From NCBI GenBank assembly GCA_905210905.1, contig CAJLYQ010000002.1, positions 1-58,706 on the forward strand: a stretch of 58,706 nt of DNA, in the 5' to 3' direction. Positions 49,371 to 56,800 of the stretch are shown here, piece by piece. Under the pieces are notes generated by a model that made no database searches, was not told where the DNA came from, and saw nothing but the letters and a program-made list of their open reading frames with translations. Position numbers and translations under genes: made by a program. Every line of letters starts with the position of its first letter. Position 1 is the stretch's first letter. The DNA is from an uncultured Christensenella sp. (GTDB lineage: Bacteria > Bacillota > Clostridia > Christensenellales > DTU072).

Positions 49371-50015
49371 TCATCTCGTTTTTTCTCTGAATTTCTCCAC
49401 GATTCCGTACATATTCAGACGTCTGATTTCCTCGTTTTCCTTGATGAATTTGTAAAGTTCATTGAGGTTCACGCCCTCTAAAATCGGATTGTTCTCGTGC
49501 AAGTTTCCCGTGATCTCAGGAAAATCCTCTCGGATCTTTGCAAGCGTCATCGGCGGTTTTTTCTTCTGTCCGCCTTTCTTTCCGCTTTCACTCCGTGCCT
49601 TGCTGATGTCAAACGTCTTCTTGAAAATGTTGAACGCGCCCTGCAATTCGGGCGGCAAGCCTGTCGGCGTAACGCCGTTAAACATATATTCGCACATCGC
49701 TTTCACGTACATTCCGGCGTTCTTGTTATTTACCATCGTCCGGATCATATTGGCGTAGCTCTCGTGGAATGTAAAATGTTTCATCTTCCGATTGAGATAA
49801 TACGGCGTCTTTCCCGCTTTCTCTATCTCTGTCGCGCTTTGTAGCGTTGGATAGATCAACTCCCAAAGTACGTTCGATTGTTCGTCTTTGGACGGAACGT
49901 CTTCCGCTTCATACACGGCGTAATTGCAAATCCGTTTGATAAAGAATCCGGCTTCGTTATCCGATAACTGGCTGATCGCGTCATAGTACAGATCATAAAA
50001 TGTAAATTCTTTCAT
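49371..50015 (-). CDS. hypothetical mobile-element protein (DUF6291-like)
   Basis: MKEFTFYDLYYDAISQL.. from the ATG at 50015, preceded by an AAGGAGG RBS. The domain assignment is from memory only. Confidence 0.45.
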   Translation of the reverse strand: MKEFTFYDLYYDAISQLSDNEAGFFIKRICNYAVYEAEDVPSKDEQSNVLWELIYPTLQSATEIEKAGKTPYYLNRKMKHFTFHESYANMIRTMVNNKNAGMYVKAMCEYMFNGVTPTGLPPELQGAFNIFKKTFDISKARSESGKKGGQKKKPPMTLAKIREDFPEITGNLHENNPILEGVNLNELYKFIKENEEIRRLNMYGIVEKFREKTR

Positions 50016-50449
50016 TGTTTTTCCTCCTTGTTTTAATATCGTTTTGTTGTTGTCGCCGACGTTTAACGACCGTCGGCACGTCATAAGTAACGCATAGGCA
50101 TCACCTCCCGTTTGATTGATTCGCCCACAAAAGGGTATAAAAAAGCCGCCGATATATCCTACCGCCGACTTTGATATTTGTTATTCAGTTGTGGTTGTCG
50201 CTATCTTTATTACATCATCAATTACATCTCCTTGTCAGATTCATAGCATACGAAAACGGAAGCCTTGTGCAGACTCCCGCCTTTGTTGCGTTATTCAGTT
50301 AGTCGAGTAAAACGTTTATTCCCCTCTATAATATATTCGCGGGGCGAATAGATTACGATCGGGTGAGCAATTGTGCAAGCACTTGCTAACCCTCCCATAA
50401 TATAGCCAGGAGAGCGTTGAAAAATCGTACCCCCTGTTAAAAATGTCGA

Positions 50450-51049
50450 TTATTTGCCGAAAAGTGCCTTTAATAAACGTAGCTTAGCCAACTCTTCTTC
50501 AGTTTGTTTTAAGGCGCGCTCGCGCTCTTTTTTACGTTTCTGAGCTTCCTTTTTCTTCTGCCGTTTCTTCTCTTTTTTGGCTTCAATGGCTTGCTGACGG
50601 AGTTTTTCAAGGTTCTCTTCCGCCTTCAGAATAAGTTTGCGGACGGCGCCTTCCGTCACGCCCATCTCTTTGGCTATATCGACTTTCTTCATTACGAAAT
50701 ACTTGAACTTGAAATAGGCTTGTGCTTGCCGCGCCGTGAGCCGCGACTCCAACCACTTCTGTTTTTGCTCAAGTCGCTCGCATTCGCGCCAAGCTAATTC
50801 GTTTTCCCGTTCTTCCGCTTCCTGCTTCTCCCACACGATTTCAATATCCGATTCCGGATCGGCGAACTCAAAACCGGCTTCTTCGAGCATATCTAAAGAA
50901 ACGTGCCGCCGCGTTTCTTTCCTGTTCACTTTCTGCTCGTACTTCTCAAGCTCGTAGAACACTTCCGCAACTTCGTCAGTTACTTCCAATTCTTCTTTAT
51001 GCCCATCGGCAAAGGTATATAATATCGTTTTCATATCCATATTATACAA
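50450..51049 (-). CDS. sigma-70 region-4-like HTH protein
   Basis: 199 aa. LTARQAQAYFKFKYFVMKKVDIAKEMGVTEGAVRKLILKAEENL fits a sigma region 4 HTH. The C-terminal tail is Lys/Glu-rich. Confidence 0.55.
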   Translation of the reverse strand: MYNMDMKTILYTFADGHKEELEVTDEVAEVFYELEKYEQKVNRKETRRHVSLDMLEEAGFEFADPESDIEIVWEKQEAEERENELAWRECERLEQKQKWLESRLTARQAQAYFKFKYFVMKKVDIAKEMGVTEGAVRKLILKAEENLEKLRQQAIEAKKEKKRQKKKEAQKRKKERERALKQTEEELAKLRLLKALFGK

Positions 51050-51180
51050 TTTTTCACAATTGAATTCAATTTTTTATGTCCCGTTATAGGGACAATAAGG
51101 TATATCTCTTCCATTATTTATAATCTAAATCTATAAATTACTTCGGAAAGTTTGAAAAACTGTGGCAATTCAGCGTTTAT

Positions 51181-51399
51181 ATGCGCGATAAAGGTATAAC
51201 CGTGCTTGCCGTGTCGAAAGACGGATATTTCCTCGATGGAAATATCAAACGTGTGGAGTACGACAAAGAACATATCTTTATCCGAGCCACGAAACACGGT
51301 CGACCGGAATTTATTCCGTATGAGGTGGACGGCATAAAATATAATGCCGTAAAGGTGAATGAATCAATTTACATACCCAATAAAGAATCTATTATATAA
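51181..51399 (+). CDS. hypothetical small protein
   Basis: 72-aa ORF, the only plus-strand ORF in the element. It is followed by the hairpin terminator at 51407-51442. Confidence 0.4.
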   Translation: MRDKGITVLAVSKDGYFLDGNIKRVEYDKEHIFIRATKHGRPEFIPYEVDGIKYNAVKVNESIYIPNKESII

Positions 51400-51406
51400 A
51401 AGAACA

Positions 51407-51442
51407 AGCCGGGAGTGAAGACAATTTGCTCTCGGCTTTTTT
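51407..51442 (+). terminator. rho-independent terminator
   Basis: agccgggag / ctctcggct stem plus TTTTTT. Confidence 0.65.
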
Positions 51443-51637
51443 CATATAATCACTAAGTTCAAATATATCCCTTAACCCAGCAAATAACATTGTTTTTTGA
51501 TTTTATCCGTTATTTCAAAAAGTTATTTCAATAGCCTAAATCGCTTGCAAAATTAGTCGGCAGGAAGTGACCGATCATTTTGCCGAGGTCAGCAAATTGA
51601 TAGATATCGCAAAAGGCAACCAAAGAATAGTGACGGA

Positions 51638-51823
51638 TTATAAACCCCACTCGTTACGTTTGTTTTTTCTCACCCGTTTCCCAAGCAATTCACGATTGGT
51701 CTTTTGCAAGAATTTATAAGCGTTTCCATGCTTTAAGTGTCCGTGGTAACTTACGGAAACGATTTTCAAATCCTCTCGTTTCAGTTTCCCGATATCGTAT
51801 AAATATCGCTTGTACTTTACCTT
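51638..51823 (-). other. in-frame continuation of the DGR RT beyond a TAA (C-terminal ~61 codons)
   Basis: The same frame as 51824..52744 continues KVKYKRYLYDIGKLKREDLKIVSVSYHGHLKHGNAYKFLQKTNRELLGKRVRKNKRNEWGL, with a stop at 51640..51638. Confidence 0.75.
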
Positions 51824-52744
51824 TTAAAGTATTCTCTTTTTCGTTTGTTTCAGCGGTTTCTGGACGATTTTTCCGTTCTCGCCGTAAAAGATATGCCATC
51901 CTAAAAAATTGATACCGTTTTTCACTGCGCAAATCTGGGTCTTTCTATTGGGATAAATTTTGTCGCGGACGATCATTTCTTTGATCTTTTCCAAATACTT
52001 GGCGCACTTTTCTTTCTCTTCTCCGCAAAGAAGTATCATATCGTCCATATACCGAAGATAATGCTTTACGCGCAATCTCTCTTTGATGAATCTGTCCACG
52101 TCGCTTAAATACAACAGCGCAAAACATTGGCTCGTCTGATTTCCCATCGGCAAGCCTTTATCCTCTTCTTTATTATAACTGTCGATTATATCGTACAGCA
52201 AACCAAGAACATCATCCCTTTTTACTATTCTTTTCAGTTTTTCTTTCAAAACCGTATGATCGATGCTCGCAAAATACTTTTTCACGTCGATCTGGATAAA
52301 ATATCCGTTTTTTCCGTAATTTTTATAATGTTCCGTCATAAAGCGGCGAAGTCTCTTGATTGCAAAATGCGAGCCTTTATTCTTTCTACAAGCGGCGTTA
52401 TCGTAAATAAGATGACGATCGAGGAGCGGCGTCAGAAAGTTGTCGCAAAAAGTGTGCTGTACGATCCGATCGCGATAATGTATCGCCTGTATCTCCCGTT
52501 CTTTCGAATCATAGATCATAAAAGTGTGATACCCGCCGACCCGGTATTTTCCGTATTTGAGGTCGTAATGAGTCGCCCAAAGATTCTCGGACAGATTCAT
52601 TTCGAACTCTATCACTTCCTTTTTGTGTCTTTTACTTAGTCGCGCCCTTCGGTGCGCTTTATACAAACCGGTAAAACCGATCATAGTATCCCATTCATTC
52701 ATAATGCCAATAAATAAAGTCGTCGGAAAGTGTCCAAAGCGCAT
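51824..52744 (-). CDS. DGR-type reverse transcriptase (ORF ends at an internal TAA)
   Basis: LPMGNQTSQCFALLYL fits the DGR [I/L/M]GxxxSQ signature, the catalytic motif is YMDD, and the N-terminus reads LYKAHRRARLSKRHKKEV. The start is uncertain (Met at 52744, 52702 or 52684). Confidence 0.88.
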   Translation of the reverse strand: MRFGHFPTTLFIGIMNEWDTMIGFTGLYKAHRRARLSKRHKKEVIEFEMNLSENLWATHYDLKYGKYRVGGYHTFMIYDSKEREIQAIHYRDRIVQHTFCDNFLTPLLDRHLIYDNAACRKNKGSHFAIKRLRRFMTEHYKNYGKNGYFIQIDVKKYFASIDHTVLKEKLKRIVKRDDVLGLLYDIIDSYNKEEDKGLPMGNQTSQCFALLYLSDVDRFIKERLRVKHYLRYMDDMILLCGEEKEKCAKYLEKIKEMIVRDKIYPNRKTQICAVKNGINFLGWHIFYGENGKIVQKPLKQTKKRIL

Positions 52745-52810
52745 TTATTTGCGCCGAAGAAAACGGAATAATCAAAAAATAGAAAAACTATATGAAATCG
52801 TTAAAAAAAT

Positions 52811-52915
52811 AAAGCGGATTATAATCATAATTTTCTTCGGCTTTTATAAAAACGTCGACTAACGTACGTCAGTACGCCTACGCTCCGTTTTTATAAAAAA
52901 TCAACACACTTATGC
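52811..52915 (-). repeat. copy B of the ~105-bp repeat module with a long hairpin (in the TR-RT spacer)
   Basis: See copy A. The hairpin is AAAACG..CGTAC-GTCA-GTACG..CGTTTT. Confidence 0.7.
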
Positions 52916-53094
52916 CACTTTGAGTCGTCGGGAACTTTCGTTCGCAAAGAGGTAAAGAAATAATTTCCGTAACTCTTACCGACGACTGAAATTTGTGCCG
53001 TCCTGTGGACGACCCCGGGAAAAGATTCCTTTGCTTCAGAGTACGCAACGAAAGTACGTACCTTCGCCCTCCGACCTTTTCTCTTTCGATAGGA

Positions 53095-53220
53095 GCAAAT
53101 CGGGCACGACCCCATTATTAGTGTTGTTTACGTTGTTGTTGTTATTAGCGTTGCCATTGTTATTGACTTCGCGCGCGTTATTACTATTATTATAGTTCGG
53201 CGAGCGGAGCCACCACCAAC
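53095..53220 (-). repeat. DGR template repeat (TR)
   Basis: 126 bp that align without gaps to 53850-53975. The coding-strand sequence is rich in AAY codons. It lies between avd and the RT. Confidence 0.92.
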
Positions 53221-53297
53221 AGGGGTGGCAAACAAACCGGCATAAACGTGCGTAACCTTTTCCCATATCTACCGCTTCTTTTGCGGATGATACCATA

Positions 53298-53660
53298 TTA
53301 TGCAGAGCCTGTGGCTTGAATCCATTTATTTAAGTATAATAGCGCTTCCGCCACTTGCTTGCTGATCTGTTCGTATTGCTTAGGCAAAATGCACTCCTGT
53401 TCATAGGCAATACCGGAAAAATAATCCAACATGGAAAGAAGCGTTTTCGCCTTCTTTTGATGAATCAGCCTTTCTTCCTTTTCCGTACTGCTGTTTGCCA
53501 AATACTCCTCTTCCAGCGCGTCCAATATATAATTTTGCAATCGTACAACCAACGTAAAACGGAATTTTTTTGGTGATTTTTCCGTCACCGTTATTATGTA
53601 TTTCGCCAAATCTTTCGTCTTGGTGATCACGAACAAATTATTCTTTTTTTGCATTTCCAA
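53298..53660 (-). CDS. avd: DGR accessory variability determinant (Avd-like four-helix-bundle protein)
   Basis: 120 aa with a helical pattern like the 23S-rRNA-IVS/four-helix-bundle family (KSPKKFRFTLVVRLQN..). It is positioned between the VR and the TR. Confidence 0.75.
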   Translation of the reverse strand: MEMQKKNNLFVITKTKDLAKYIITVTEKSPKKFRFTLVVRLQNYILDALEEEYLANSSTEKEERLIHQKKAKTLLSMLDYFSGIAYEQECILPKQYEQISKQVAEALLYLNKWIQATGSA

Positions 53661-53835
53661 AAAAAATTTTCGTCGCGCTTTACGCGCGATCCCTCGCTTC
53701 AGGCAATCGCGGGAAGAGGCGTAAAACGCTTATCTCTTCCCTTGATTGCGGAGTCATGCCTTGCGGCATGGGAGCCCTTTGCGTATCGCCACTGTGAGGC
53801 AATTTGCTTTTTATTGTTTCGGGTTATCCACAGCC

Positions 53836-56800
53836 TCACAGCTTTATACGCAAAGCGGGCACGACCCCATAACTAGGGCTGCTCACGCCGTTGCTGCTAT
53901 CAGCGTAGCCATTGTACTTGACGTCGCGCGCGAGACTACTATAATAACAGCCCGGCGAGCGGAGCCACCACCAACCGTTGCCATAATCGTCTGTAGACGT
54001 ATTCATATATGCGCCGGTAGCTCTGCTGTAATCGCTTGTTTGCATACATCTTGCCGTATCATAATTGCTGTAATCGGCATTAAATCCATACGCGCTGTTC
54101 GTTACTTCCTGCTCGCTGAGCAAGAACACCCTGTCCTGTGTATTCGAGCAAGCGTAACTATTGTTTCCGCTGGTAAATGCCGTTGCGTTGTTGTTCGGGT
54201 TCGTGCTTCTCGCGCTGTTATCTACGGTTGTCAGTTGAATAATTTCCTTTTGCAAATCGTTAAACGCCGTGTTGTAGAACGTGTCGTTCAACCAAGCGCG
54301 GATTTCACTGTTTGCATAGTTATTGCTATTTGAAGCATATCTATGATTTGCGATTATGCTTTCGCATAGGATAAACAACTCTCCGTTCGTTTCCGAAAGA
54401 ATACGCCATTTAATGGGTTCCACCTTAAAGTAGTATACCGTCCCGCTCGTCACGCTTGCTCCGGTAGAGAACATATAACCACTTTGAAACGGTCTTGCCG
54501 AAACTATGGCGTAGTAATATCCGTCGGAACCGAGATAATAACCTTTTTCGTTCGTGGTGTTCGTAATGGTCACGTTATTGGCTTTTATGGTTTGCGGATA
54601 TTCTCCGAAGTAAATATAATTTCCTTCACGCGAATTAGTATTAGTAGTAGACGTAGTTTCGCTCCACTTGGCGTACAGTACGACGTTATCCCCCGTGTAC
54701 GTTATTTCCGTCACTTCGTTATCAAACGTACTTTCCGTATACCAACCGAGGAAGGTATACTCAGTTATTTCTTTCGTTATACGATAATTGCCGTTTCCGA
54801 GATATTCGCTACTGATCGTCGTTTCCGAAGTCACTTTCGCAGGATCGTTCAACGCGATCCCGCCTTCCGCACTCACGATGGTAAAGGTCGAAGGATTGTT
54901 CCCGTTGGTGCCGCCGTTCAGATTGTAGGTCACGGTATAGGTGATGATCGTCGTCTTCGCCGTCAATTGATAGATGCCGGAATCTTTATCCCATGCAAAG
55001 AGGCTATCGCCGTTACTGTCTGTAATAAGAGTATTGTTGTATTGCCATCCGACGAAAGTATAGCCTTCGAACATATTACAAAATGAATAATTATCTCCTT
55101 TATATACCCTTTGCGTGCCTATATATAAACCGTTAAAATACAGTTCAAGTATAGATTGATCGGTATCAAGAACGACCAACGTATATTCTTGGCAGAAATC
55201 ATTGCCGACTCTGTCGGTTGTGGTAATTCTGTAAGTAATGGTTTCGTTTACTTCAAGAGAACCCGAAAGCGTTTCAACGTTAAACAACAATTCTTTATCG
55301 AAACTGTCAAGAACTTTAAAAAGCGCGTAAGGACTATCACCGTTCTGGATATAGTCATAATCTCTCGAATAGACGAGCGTCGGCATATCGTAAATCTTAA
55401 TGCCCGTAATCAATTCGCTCTGTGTGGTATTCCCGAGAGCGTCGGTCGCAACGATATAAAGATTGATCGTGTTTCCGCCCGCAAGGGTATATCCACTTGC
55501 CGCTACGATAGACGTTTCGCAAGTCTCACCGAAACCGTTTACGGCTTGGGCATTGAATTCTTCGCCGACAGACAATTTTCTGATGTTGTTTGCCGTAGTT
55601 GTGTACGTCAACGTGATATCATCACTGGAATACACTTTAACGTTTTGCGAAATCACTTCGTAGTAATTGCCGAGATGATCCGTCGTAGAAAGTTTGAAGG
55701 TTACGACGTTGCCGCCCGCCGCAATCGTACCGCTATTCAGAACAACGCTTACGCTCAAATTATCGTTGAAACTGTCTTTCGCCGTAGCGTTCAACAATGC
55801 ACTGTTTACGGTATCGGTTACTTTCATCGAAGTTTTTTCGGTATCAAACGTGATCGTCGGCGTTCCGTAAATCTTGATGCCCGATATTTCTTTCGTGTTT
55901 ACGTTGCCGAGATGGTCGGTTGCAGTCACAAGATAAGTAAGCGTTGCACCGGAAATCTGCGAGCCTGAAATCAATTCCAAAGTCACGTTGGATAAAGTCT
56001 TTGCAAAACTGTCTTTTGCAACTATACCGAGAGTTTCAAGCGTTATTTCATCTTCAACCTTAAAGTTGGTCGTCGAAGCACCGCTGATAGAGGGCAATCC
56101 ATAAACCTTTACAGAATACGTAACGTAATTCGTATTGCCTTTGCTGTCGGTCGTAGAACTCTTGATAGTGATTGTGTTGCCGCCGGAGAACGTTCCGCTG
56201 TATTGAATGGTGGTAACGTCAAGCTGGGCGCCGAAACTATCTACTGCGGAAACGCCGAATAATGCATTGCCGATAGTATCCGACGCTTTTATATCCACAA
56301 CGTCGATATTCCGTGTAATAACGGGTGTACCGTAAACTTTCACGTTCGGTATTTCAACTTCGGTCTCATTACCCGTTTTATCGGTCGTGGAAATAACGAC
56401 GGTAACGATATCACCGCCATTATATGTACCTTCTTTTACCGAAACGTTGACAGCCACGGCATCACCGAGAGTATCAATCGCGCTTGCGCCGAAAAGCGAA
56501 GCGTTGATCGTATCGGACATATTGAAATAGTCTTTTTCGGTGTTGTATGTAAGCGTAGGCGCGCCGTAAACGTTGATATTCGATATCGTTTCAACAGCAT
56601 AGATATCGTAAAGTCCCATAGCGACCAATCTTACGGTTATCTTGCCGCCAACGACTTTTGAACCGCCTGTAATTTGTGCCGTTACTTCAACAGGATTTCC
56701 GTCGGTATCCACTGCGGTCGCACTGAACGTTTCGGCGACTATTGCATCGTTAATACTGATTTCCGTCCTCTTATTGCAAGTTAAAGAAACATCATAATCA

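Noticed and set aside
51555-51640. Plus-strand fragment QEVTDHFAEVSKLIDIAKGNQRIVTDY, reminiscent of DinD/ORF6-type phage or element proteins
   Set aside because: Only ~27 residues are present, with no start codon. The similarity is recalled from memory, and beyond 51638 it overlaps the well-supported RT C-terminal frame on the other strand.
51824-51826. Alternative genetic code (TAA reassigned) as an explanation for the in-frame stop in the RT
   Set aside because: TAA is used as the genuine terminator of clearly complete genes here, e.g. def at 656-658 and lysK at 40626-40628. A global reassignment is therefore not supported.
51714-51932. 72-aa ORF overlapping the end of the RT
   Set aside because: It is out of frame with the RT. 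The RT frame itself continues with a recognisable conserved C-terminus, so this ORF is a by-product.
52891-53115. 74-aa ORF in the TR-RT spacer
   Set aside because: It overlaps the TR and the conserved hairpin module, has Cys/Arg-rich junk-like composition, and has no RBS.
53036-53296. 86-aa Asn-rich ORF (..WWWLRSPNYNNSNNAREVNNNGNANNNNNVNNTNNGVVP..)
   Set aside because: It is simply the DGR template repeat read in the target's frame. It has no RBS or independent support, and the TR functions as RNA.
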